This document shows, one piece after another, positions 15,341 through 22,873 of a stretch of DNA of 24,120 bases. The position numbers were made by a program, and so were the translations under genes. This DNA is from a virus. Lineage: Duplodnaviria > Caudoviricetes. Below the pieces are notes generated by a model. The model was given only the letters and a program-made list of their open reading frames with translations, was not told where the DNA came from and ran no database searches. Within the stretch, counting starts at the first letter, position 1, and every line of letters begins with the position of its first letter. Location: positions 1-24,120 of the IMG/VR virus record IMGVR_UViG_3300025848_000183. One strand, written 5' to 3'.

Positions 15341-16249
15341 TCAAGCCTGCGAACCGTAGGCACAACGGGGATCGCTCCAGCCGCGTGCCCAGCGGGCGCT
15401 GATCGAGTGCTTCATGCTCTCGTGGTCGTTGTCGACCCAGGTCCGCGCCTTCGGACGACGGCGCCAGCGGAACTGAAGTCCGTTGTCGACGTCCGTGAGC
15501 ATCGCCCAGTTCGTCGTGGTGTTCGACCAATACTTGATCGGAACGACCTTCAGGCTGAGGTCGTTCTTCGCTACGTTGATCTCAGCGAAGTTGCCGGCCG
15601 TGGGCGTGAAGTTGCTGTTCAGGATCTGCGACCAGATCGCCCACTGGTCCACGGGACAGACGATCTTCGTAGGCTCGGCGCCCTCGATGAGACTGTCGTG
15701 GCCGGGGAGCTTCCGAATCGCGGTCGTCACAGCGGCAACAGCGGCGACGCTCGGAGAGAGCGGCGTCGCGAGCGTATTGCTGAACGTGCCGCCGTTCGGC
15801 AGCGTGTGCGAGGAGCTGAACAGGCAGACGCCGTCGCCGCCCGTGTAGCTGCTATTCCAGCCGCGCACGAGAACATTGGTCGCGTCGTAGTCCGCGGTCT
15901 TCCACAGCGAACGCTTCAGCTTCCGAGCAAGAGCGATGGCGCGAGGGTACTTCGCGTCCTCCATCGCCTCCTCGGAGATGATCATCTTCTGGCCGAACGT
16001 GCGCGCGATGTACCGAGTGATATACCCCTCGGACATGGTTCCGGTCGCGATCTCCGCGTCCTCTGCCTTCTCCTGCGCAAGACCAGGGCCGCCCATCTCG
16101 AGGTCGTCCTCGAAGTTGTCGGACATGGTCTTCTCGTCCATCCAGAGCTTGAAGACGGCGTTCGACTCGAGGCCGTCGGTGTCGTCGTCGACGATGTTGT
16201 CGATCGTCTCCTTCAACGTGTTCGCAATCGTGCTTGTAAAGACGGTCAT
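15341..16249 (-). CDS. major capsid protein (HK97 fold; resembles the Mu gpT-like family), 302 aa
   Basis: Motifs SDNFEDD, EKAEDAEI, ISEEAMEDAKY, GGDGVCLFSSSH and ARWARGWSDPRCAYGS. AAGGA SD. Position after scaffold and decoration genes. Confidence 0.9.
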   Translation of the reverse strand: MTVFTSTIANTLKETIDNIVDDDTDGLESNAVFKLWMDEKTMSDNFEDDLEMGGPGLAQEKAEDAEIATGTMSEGYITRYIARTFGQKMIISEEAMEDAKYPRAIALARKLKRSLWKTADYDATNVLVRGWNSSYTGGDGVCLFSSSHTLPNGGTFSNTLATPLSPSVAAVAAVTTAIRKLPGHDSLIEGAEPTKIVCPVDQWAIWSQILNSNFTPTAGNFAEINVAKNDLSLKVVPIKYWSNTTTNWAMLTDVDNGLQFRWRRRPKARTWVDNDHESMKHSISARWARGWSDPRCAYGSQA

Positions 16250-16267
16250 GGTCCTTCGTAGCTCCTA

Positions 16268-16906
16268 TCAGGTGCCGCTGGCGCCGCTGTCGTATCCGGC
16301 CAGAGCGGCCGTCGTCTCGTTGGCGACCACGAGAACCTTCACGTAGTTGCCGGAGAAGTCTGCGTTTGGCCCGTCTTGCTTCACGTCCCAGATGCGGAAC
16401 TGCGCAGACCCGGTGCCGTGCCCGCTGATGTCGAGGCGGTAGAACGACTTCTTGCTCGTTGCGTCGCACGACACGGCGAGATCACAGTTTTCGCCCACAA
16501 ACGCCTGGTAGGCGAGGAACGTGGTGGCCGTCGCTGCGTCGTCGCAGTCAACCTCAAAGATGGCGTCGTAGAACGGAATGACGTGAACGTAGCTCTGTCG
16601 CGAGATGTTCGTGCTGTACGTGGTTCCGCTAGGAAGATTGCTTCCTCGCTGCATCTTCGACCCGTCCCAGTACGGCGCGATGCCGACCACGACGCCAAAG
16701 AGTCCGGTATCGCCGGCTGCCGCGAGAGCTACGGTTCCGTCGTTGACTACCTTCACGACGTCGCCGGGGTTGATATTCACCGTGGTCGCACCGTCGGGCT
16801 GCCCGGCGTACCCAGAAGCCACTGCCTTCTTCACAACGTGCGGCGTGCCCGAACCGCTCTTCGTGGAGTGGAATCGGAAGCCGTAGAGCTGAGGATTATC
16901 CGCCAT
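16268..16906 (-). CDS. 212-aa putative capsid decoration/cement protein
   Basis: MADNPQLYGFR N-terminus and INPGDVVK, GLFGVVVG, AIFEVDCD motifs, typical of the gene preceding this MCP type. TAAGGA SD. Confidence 0.65.
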   Translation of the reverse strand: MADNPQLYGFRFHSTKSGSGTPHVVKKAVASGYAGQPDGATTVNINPGDVVKVVNDGTVALAAAGDTGLFGVVVGIAPYWDGSKMQRGSNLPSGTTYSTNISRQSYVHVIPFYDAIFEVDCDDAATATTFLAYQAFVGENCDLAVSCDATSKKSFYRLDISGHGTGSAQFRIWDVKQDGPNADFSGNYVKVLVVANETTAALAGYDSGASGT

Positions 16907-16921
16907 CTTCTTTCCTTATCG

Positions 16922-17383
16922 CTATTCCGGCGTGGCCGGAGACGTCTCGTTGATGACCGAGATCATCGGTCGTCCGTGCTGCCCGCGCAGGTGGTCGACC
17001 TGCCCTCGCTTCTTGAACCCGATCGCTTCGGCCTCAAGGCGATCCTGCGCCGCTTGCCCGGTCACGCCGTCGGGGCCGTACATGACGAGCTTGGCGTGGT
17101 CCTCGTTCGAGATGCTCATGAGGACGTGCCCCCGCTTCTCGATCTCAGACCCGGGCTCCTGCTTCCCGTGAGGCTGAACCCCGCCCTCGCGGTAGTGCTC
17201 GATCTCGTACCCGATGGACTGGTAGTATTCGACGCCCTGCGCCGCGTCGCCCTTGTTGACGTAGACGTAGTGCCGGTTCGGATCCTTGTTCCGAAGCTTC
17301 ACCCAGCTCGCCGTGACGTCGTGAAAACGCGGTTCCGGATCCGTCCGACGCTTCCCTTGCTCTTTCTTTTGCTCTTGCTTCAT
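16922..17383 (-). CDS. 153-aa conserved-type phage hypothetical protein between scaffold and capsid genes
   Basis: ATG 17383 with AAAGGG SD. Pattern DPNRHYVYVN...GYEI...HVLMSIS. Confidence 0.75.
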   Translation of the reverse strand: MKQEQKKEQGKRRTDPEPRFHDVTASWVKLRNKDPNRHYVYVNKGDAAQGVEYYQSIGYEIEHYREGGVQPHGKQEPGSEIEKRGHVLMSISNEDHAKLVMYGPDGVTGQAAQDRLEAEAIGFKKRGQVDHLRGQHGRPMISVINETSPATPE

Positions 17384-17385
17384 AC

Positions 17386-17505
17386 GGGTTCCCTTTCTCG
17401 CTGTTTGCAGACCAGCGCGAGAGGGTCCCCGCAGAACGAGCAACGGAGCCGTGCGGCCGACTTCCGTCGATCAACGCAAAGACGCGGCACGTCCGAGCGT
17501 CGTGC
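17386..17505 (-). promoter_or_regulatory. structured 5' leader with three hairpins, the last sequestering the RBS
   Basis: GCACG/CGTGC (17487-17505), CGAC-GGAA-GTCG (17458-17469) and GGG.CCC.TCT.CGCTG / CAGCG.AGA.GGG.CCC (17386-17429). Confidence 0.55.
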
Positions 17506-17509
17506 AGAG

Positions 17510-17540
17510 ACTCTCCCACGCCTAAACTTGACTGTCAAGT
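17510..17540 (-). promoter_or_regulatory. sigma70-like promoter (TTGACA-17 bp-GAGAGT with TGn extension) overlapped by a 15-bp palindrome
   Basis: Consensus -35 at 17538-17533, 17-bp spacer, weak extended -10 at 17515-17510. Palindrome ACTTGAC-T-GTCAAGT at 17526-17540. Confidence 0.6.
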
Positions 17541-18469
17541 CATTTTCCCTCAACGATCTTCCGGCCGACCTTGTTGACCCAGAACTGATGCCGCTTCGCC
17601 TCGTCCTTGATATGCGGGGCAAAAGCGTCAGCCATCCTACGAAACTCCTTGGTCATTCGGATGGTGGCCGGCGGAGATGTCCCGGCGGATCGCGCCCCTC
17701 CGGAGTTGCTCGAGCTGCTGACGAACCGGCTCTTGCTCTCCTGCGACGGGGCGCCGTGGCCGGAGAGTCGGAAGTTCTTCCGCGCCGCGTCCATGCTCTC
17801 GTCAAAGAGTGCGCGGGTGTCCGGGCGGCCCATGGCGAGCTGCTGGTGGTAGTACCCGCGAGCCCACTGAAGCGCTTTCCCGTGGTCGTATACGTCGGCG
17901 TGCTTCTCGCGGACGGCGGCGGCCTCGGCCTCCTTGCGGTACATCGCGAGGCGCTGCTCGAGCTTCCTGTCGACCAGCTCGTCGGCTGCCGCCTGCGTCG
18001 CCTGGTCCGTGAGGTCGCGGTACTTCCTCTGGTACTCGACGAGGCGTTCCTGCGTGAGCGTCCCCGAGAGCCGCTCGTTCTCGTACTGCGTCTGGAGAGC
18101 ATCCTGTTCGCGGCGGATCCGTCCGAGTTCCGGGTTCGGCTTCGGCGCCGGAGGAGGCTCCGGGGCTCGCGGCTCCGGACGCTGTTGCCGCTCGAGCCAG
18201 GAGAGACGGTCTTCGAGCTCCTTCGCCCTTCGCTCCGCCTGCTCTGCCCGATCGACCTGCTCGCGATACCTGTTTGCGCGACGTTCCGACCGAGACGGAC
18301 GATCGTCCTCTCGCTCCTCGGGCTCGTCGTCCTCGGGCTCGGAGATCGCGATCTCAGGAACGTCCTCGTCGTCCTTCGGCGCAGACTTCATCGCCGCACG
18401 AACCTTCGCGACGTCCCGCTCGTTCGCCGCATCTTCGGATGCGATCTCCTTCTTCTCCTCTTTCGCCAT
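17540..18469 (-). CDS. capsid scaffolding protein, 309 aa
   Basis: Acidic disordered N-terminus, long Glu/Arg/Gln coiled coils and a short C-terminal helical element (IRMTKEFRRMADAF). GAGGAG SD. Position between portal and MCP. Confidence 0.75.
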   Translation of the reverse strand: MAKEEKKEIASEDAANERDVAKVRAAMKSAPKDDEDVPEIAISEPEDDEPEEREDDRPSRSERRANRYREQVDRAEQAERRAKELEDRLSWLERQQRPEPRAPEPPPAPKPNPELGRIRREQDALQTQYENERLSGTLTQERLVEYQRKYRDLTDQATQAAADELVDRKLEQRLAMYRKEAEAAAVREKHADVYDHGKALQWARGYYHQQLAMGRPDTRALFDESMDAARKNFRLSGHGAPSQESKSRFVSSSSNSGGARSAGTSPPATIRMTKEFRRMADAFAPHIKDEAKRHQFWVNKVGRKIVEGK

Positions 18470-18480
18470 CGTCTCTCTCC

Positions 18481-19074
18481 TCAGTAATCGTCAGGGTGAT
18501 CTGGCGAGGTACGTACCGCGCCCATGTACTCGTGTTGTCCCGTCTCGGCGTTGAACGAGATGGCTCCGGGGTTCGAGCGAAGTTCGTCGCGAAGATCCTC
18601 GGAGCCGATGAGGTCGCCACTTCGCAGGATGAGCGCGTGCTGCTCCTGTCCGCCGATCGTGTCGACGCGCATTCGCCAGGGGGCGAGACGAATGAAACGA
18701 ACGACGTGCCCGAGCTCTATCCCGTTGCTCCGCAGGCCGTCGAGCGCGAGTTGCCCAGCGGAGATGAGAATCCCTCGTGGCGCCGCCTCCTGAGTCCGCG
18801 CCTTCGCCAGCTCAGGCATCACGATCATGGTGTCGCCGTACGTCTCGCCTTCCCAGTCCGAGACCTGCCAGACGAGGATGCGGTCGAACACCGCCTGAGT
18901 GCGAAACGCCCCGTCGGGGATGGCGAAGCGCAGTCTGCGCTCGTCGAGCAGGGACGGGAGGCCGAGGGAGCCGGCCGGCGACTGCCTCTCGCGGATCCTC
19001 CGTTCCAGCTCCGTAAGCCCCTTCTCCGTCTCCGCCGCTCGCGCTGCCACGTCAATCAGTTTCCGCTCCCGCAT
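18481..19074 (-). CDS. GroES/Cpn10-like co-chaperonin with N- and C-terminal extensions, 197 aa
   Basis: GroES-like pattern AVFDRILV...IVMPELAK...RGILISAG...IELGHVVRF...GGQEQHALILRSGDLIG. GGAGG SD before ATG 19074. Confidence 0.65.
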   Translation of the reverse strand: MRERKLIDVAARAAETEKGLTELERRIRERQSPAGSLGLPSLLDERRLRFAIPDGAFRTQAVFDRILVWQVSDWEGETYGDTMIVMPELAKARTQEAAPRGILISAGQLALDGLRSNGIELGHVVRFIRLAPWRMRVDTIGGQEQHALILRSGDLIGSEDLRDELRSNPGAISFNAETGQHEYMGAVRTSPDHPDDY

Positions 19075-19270
19075 TCTTTCCTCCCAGAGTCCCGAGGACT
19101 CGCTGCCTCTCGTCGAACTTCGCAAACGCCGCTCGCACGGCCGGATCGGAACTGCTCGCCGCGCGAGACAGAAGGTCGGTGAGCGCTGCCGTTGCCTCGC
19201 TCGCGATCTTCTTTCTCAGCCGAACGGTCCCGGGGTGCCTGAGCCACGACCCGTCTTCGTCATCGATCAT
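19052..19270 (-). CDS. 72-aa small helical protein following the portal
   Basis: ATGA overlap with the portal stop. WLRHPGT motif like small post-portal phage proteins. Confidence 0.7.
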   Translation of the reverse strand: MIDDEDGSWLRHPGTVRLRKKIASEATAALTDLLSRAASSSDPAVRAAFAKFDERQRVLGTLGGKNAGAETD

Positions 19271-21387
19271 ACCGGTGCCTCCTCAGGCGGCGGCTCTCCG
19301 CCCATGTCCGGCGGGGCGCCCGCTGCGCTCGGGTCGGGCATCCCGGCTGGTGCGCCAGGAGGCATTCCTGGCATCGGAGGCGGCGCTCCGAACGGAGTGG
19401 TGGGAGGAGGCGGCGGCGGGCCAAGGAGAGGAATCATCTCGTGCTTATTCCTCGCCTCCAGCGCCTTCCTCACCGCGTGATGGACGAACGCCGTGTCCGT
19501 CTGAAGCGGAGGCACGGCCCCGGGCATCTGCAAGAGCTCGTCCGCTTCACTGATCTTCTGCGCCTGACTCGCGAAGCGAAGATCGCTGCGGATCTCCACG
19601 CGGTAGTCGCGTTGGTACATCGACCGGCCCACGACGATCTCCTCGCCGCCTCCGAACTTCGTGTCGTTGAGGTACAGGATCTGCTCGTCGGGGAGGAACT
19701 GCGCGTTGAGCTTCGCGTTGTTCTTCAGGATGCCCTCAACGAAGTCGGCGTAAACTCGGGTGACAACCGAGAGCTGCCTCGTCGCTTGCTCGACGCGAGT
19801 CGACAGGCCTCGGTATGTCTCGCCGCTCTTTCCGGGCTCGCCAGAGAGGACTGCTGGAGCCTGAATCGCGCTCTGGCCCCAGTCGTACATCATCTTGATG
19901 ACGTTCACGAGCTGCTCGTTCGCCGGGCTCGGACGCAGCTCCTTGATCGCGTTTCCGAGGTCGCTCGGGCCGATCCCCTTCACCTTGTTGATCGCGCCGG
20001 GGCGGACACTGAACGGCTGGTCGAACTCGACCCCCTCCGGCGTGATGTAACTGCAAACATTCGCGAGCGTCGCCGCGTCCGTGTACTGACTGAACGCGAC
20101 GTTCGCCGCTGCGTTGAAGTCGCTCTGAATGCGGCCGAACCCGATGCCGAGCGACCCGACGAGCGGCTCGATGCAGACCGCGTGAGTGAATAGTCGGATG
20201 GGCACCATCCGAATCGGGTCAGGAGAGGTCATCGGGTCGTCGGGATTCTCCGCCCAGCCGGGAGGAATCGCCGGCTCGGGCGGCGGGTGAATCATGTTGA
20301 CGTCGATCGGCATCCCGGTCATGGGATCGACCATCCCCGCGGCCTGCTCGACCATCGCCTGATGCTCCGCCTCGGCAGCTCGAGCCGCGCGGTACCGTTC
20401 GAGCTCCTCGTTCTGCCTGTCGAAGCGAGCCCGATCCTGCCAATCTTCTTCCTCGTGAATCTGAAGTAGCAACAGGTTCTTCGTCGTGTAGTCCATGATC
20501 GCCCGGATGAAGCGATCGTTCTCCTGGTTCGGAAGCTCGGCCCAGCCGACGTACTCAATGAGCTTGTACGGCGCTCGCGAGGAGTCGTCCGGCTTCTCGA
20601 TCCCCATCGTCTGCGCCATCGACTCGTGAGCGACCTGCTCAGGATCGTCGTCCCAGCTCGGAGGCTCGCGCGCGATGACCTCGTCGACGCCGGACCACTC
20701 GCCGCGCATCCTCTGTAGCTCGTGCCGGTACCGGTGAAGAACCTTCCCCATGTACGGGACGTCGGAGAGGTCCGGCTCCGTCGTCGTGAAGACGTACGGC
20801 ATAAAGAACTCGTCGCACGTCAGGATGTCGTGCCTGTTCCGCTTCTTCGCCGAGTCGTAATAGCTGTGGCAGACAACGTCACCAGCGGTGTAGAAAAGAA
20901 GCATGCCGCGACTGCCGATCTGTCGTCGGAAGTCCGTGAGCTCGTTCCTGATCTGCCAGTTCCCGTGCTTCGTCAGTAGGTACGCGAGCTGCTCGTCGTC
21001 CGGGGTCATCGGGAGGACGGAGAAGACGTTCGTCCAGTCGCCGAAAAGTTCGCTTGACGAGCGAGCGGTCACTCGTGATAGGGTCTCCAGCATGATCGGC
21101 ACGTTCGCGTTCGCGCTGTCCTCGAAGGGGAAAGATTTCTTCGGAAGATCTCCTGTGAAGATCTTGAAGTCGTTCGCGATCCTCTCGCGATACGCCTCCG
21201 CGCCGCTCCAGGCCGCGTCGAAGTCCTTTCGGACCTGGTCGGCAAGCCTCTTGAGCGCCTTCCTACCCTTCTCCGTCGACGCGAACGTCTCGACGAGATT
21301 CGGAGCCGCCTCGTCGTATACGAGTTCGGCCTCCTTCGGCTCAAAACCGCCTCCGACTTCGAGCTCAACGTCAGTTTCTTCTTCCAT
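19267..21387 (-). CDS. portal protein, 706 aa
   Basis: Directly follows TerL. Motifs KKSFPFEDSANANVP, GSLGIGFG, DAATLAN, VRPGAINKV. Pro-rich C-terminal tail. ATG 21387 with AAAGGT SD. Confidence 0.88.
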   Translation of the reverse strand: MEEETDVELEVGGGFEPKEAELVYDEAAPNLVETFASTEKGRKALKRLADQVRKDFDAAWSGAEAYRERIANDFKIFTGDLPKKSFPFEDSANANVPIMLETLSRVTARSSSELFGDWTNVFSVLPMTPDDEQLAYLLTKHGNWQIRNELTDFRRQIGSRGMLLFYTAGDVVCHSYYDSAKKRNRHDILTCDEFFMPYVFTTTEPDLSDVPYMGKVLHRYRHELQRMRGEWSGVDEVIAREPPSWDDDPEQVAHESMAQTMGIEKPDDSSRAPYKLIEYVGWAELPNQENDRFIRAIMDYTTKNLLLLQIHEEEDWQDRARFDRQNEELERYRAARAAEAEHQAMVEQAAGMVDPMTGMPIDVNMIHPPPEPAIPPGWAENPDDPMTSPDPIRMVPIRLFTHAVCIEPLVGSLGIGFGRIQSDFNAAANVAFSQYTDAATLANVCSYITPEGVEFDQPFSVRPGAINKVKGIGPSDLGNAIKELRPSPANEQLVNVIKMMYDWGQSAIQAPAVLSGEPGKSGETYRGLSTRVEQATRQLSVVTRVYADFVEGILKNNAKLNAQFLPDEQILYLNDTKFGGGEEIVVGRSMYQRDYRVEIRSDLRFASQAQKISEADELLQMPGAVPPLQTDTAFVHHAVRKALEARNKHEMIPLLGPPPPPPTTPFGAPPPMPGMPPGAPAGMPDPSAAGAPPDMGGEPPPEEAPV

Positions 21388-21397
21388 CGCGGACCTT

Positions 21398-22873
21398 TCA
21401 GAAAAGCTTGGATCCGTACCCGAAGCGGCCTCTCGACCCGCCGGACTCCCGCTCGTCTTCCTCTCTCTCCTCGGACGGGAGACCGACTGCCCCCTGCCCG
21501 CGCGAAGCGTACGCGCAGGCATACATTACCATGTCCAGCCAGTGATCCTCGCCGCCCTTCTTCGGCGCCTCGCTGTCGCCAGGATCGACGCCGATCGTCG
21601 GGATCGTCGTAATGCACTTCTTGCAGTTCCGAAAGAACATGATGCCTGGCCGGGTCGTCTGACCTCGATGGTCCTTGAGGCGCGCGAGAAGTCGCTCGGC
21701 GTTCCTCGCCCTCGAACGCTTGTCCGCCCTGCGCCACATCACGCCCTGCGCGGCGAACTCCTCCGCCTTGCTCTTTCCGCTCTCTCCACGCTCCTCCCAG
21801 AGCTGCGTGTCTGCCGGGCCGGTGATCTTCGATCGACCGCCCTTCCACAGACCGAGTTCAATCTCGATCTCCTTGACCCTCTTGGCGACCTCGGTCGCGT
21901 TCATCTCCTTGAAGGAGAACTCCCGTTCGCAATAAAGGTTGTCGTCCTCGTCGAGAGCAAACCATCCGATCGTCCCGTTCGTCTTGTACCCCCAGTCCAT
22001 CGCACGGAAGCGTGGCCAGTCGTTGGGGATCTTGAACGGCTCTACAACGTGGATTGCCTCGATCCAGTCGTCTCCGAAGAAACTGCCTACCGTCGCGTAC
22101 CAGTTGCCGTACAGAAGCGCCTGCCTGATGTGCGCTGGGCTCGACAGTAGCTTCTCCTCGTAGCTCGCAACGAACTCCTTATCCGGGTTGTCGTAGAGCG
22201 TGGCCGGCAGGTACATCCTCGTGCGAACGAAGTTCTCCCCGCTCCGACGCTTCACCTTTCGCTTCAACACGACGCGCCCCTCTGGCGCCTCGTCGACGAA
22301 ATACTCTCTGAGCCAGTTCGGATTTTTCTCGTCGAGGCAAGTTCCTGGGTTGCTCGCGAGACGAACCTTGAGCATCGGGCGAAGGACCGGGTCGCTCGAT
22401 CGGAGACGAGTCGAGATCTGATCGTACTGCTCTCTCGTGAACTGCCTCGCTTCGTCGAAGGCGATGTGCGTGAACTGGCTTGAGTAATACTTCTCCCAGT
22501 CGTTTTCGCGTTGGCAGTGGCCGAACTGAAACTTGTACCCCGAACGGAACTGCCACATGTGGCGCTGACGATCGTACTTTGCGTCTGGGTCGATGCGCGG
22601 AAAGATGCGTTCAGAACGCGCAATCGTTTCCTCGAGCGTGGGGAACTCCCGGCGAAGCGAGAGCGCCCATCCCGTCGAGTCTCCCCACCTTTGCCTGTTC
22701 GGATGCTTCGGATCGAGGCACCTGTTGTGCTCACTGATGATCTGCGGGACAACGTCCATGAGCAGGACGAGCGTTTTCCCAGGTCCAGCCGCTCCAGCCC
22801 CGAGAAGCTCGTCGACCGTCGAGCTGTGAAACTCGTTTCCCCAGTCGCTCGCGGTGTAGAGAGGGCCGTCCAT
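21398..22873 (-). CDS. terL: terminase large subunit, 491 aa
   Basis: Walker A GAGAAGPGKT, Walker B HIAFDEA, coupling motif LASNPG, PATLYDNP, and nuclease acidic motifs RAMDWG and EDHWLD. ATG 22873 in a TGATG overlap. Confidence 0.95.
   Translation of the reverse strand: MDGPLYTASDWGNEFHSSTVDELLGAGAAGPGKTLVLLMDVVPQIISEHNRCLDPKHPNRQRWGDSTGWALSLRREFPTLEETIARSERIFPRIDPDAKYDRQRHMWQFRSGYKFQFGHCQRENDWEKYYSSQFTHIAFDEARQFTREQYDQISTRLRSSDPVLRPMLKVRLASNPGTCLDEKNPNWLREYFVDEAPEGRVVLKRKVKRRSGENFVRTRMYLPATLYDNPDKEFVASYEEKLLSSPAHIRQALLYGNWYATVGSFFGDDWIEAIHVVEPFKIPNDWPRFRAMDWGYKTNGTIGWFALDEDDNLYCEREFSFKEMNATEVAKRVKEIEIELGLWKGGRSKITGPADTQLWEERGESGKSKAEEFAAQGVMWRRADKRSRARNAERLLARLKDHRGQTTRPGIMFFRNCKKCITTIPTIGVDPGDSEAPKKGGEDHWLDMVMYACAYASRGQGAVGLPSEEREEDERESGGSRGRFGYGSKLF

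Noticed and set aside
16376-18487. 703-aa plus-strand ORF, and other long plus-strand ORFs (437-1411, 2928-4283, 7453-9066, 14942-16261, 20903-22150)
   Set aside because: Antisense shadows of GC-rich minus-strand genes, rich in Arg/Leu/Val/Pro and without motifs. The 703-aa length is explained by consecutive minus-strand genes sharing one frame.
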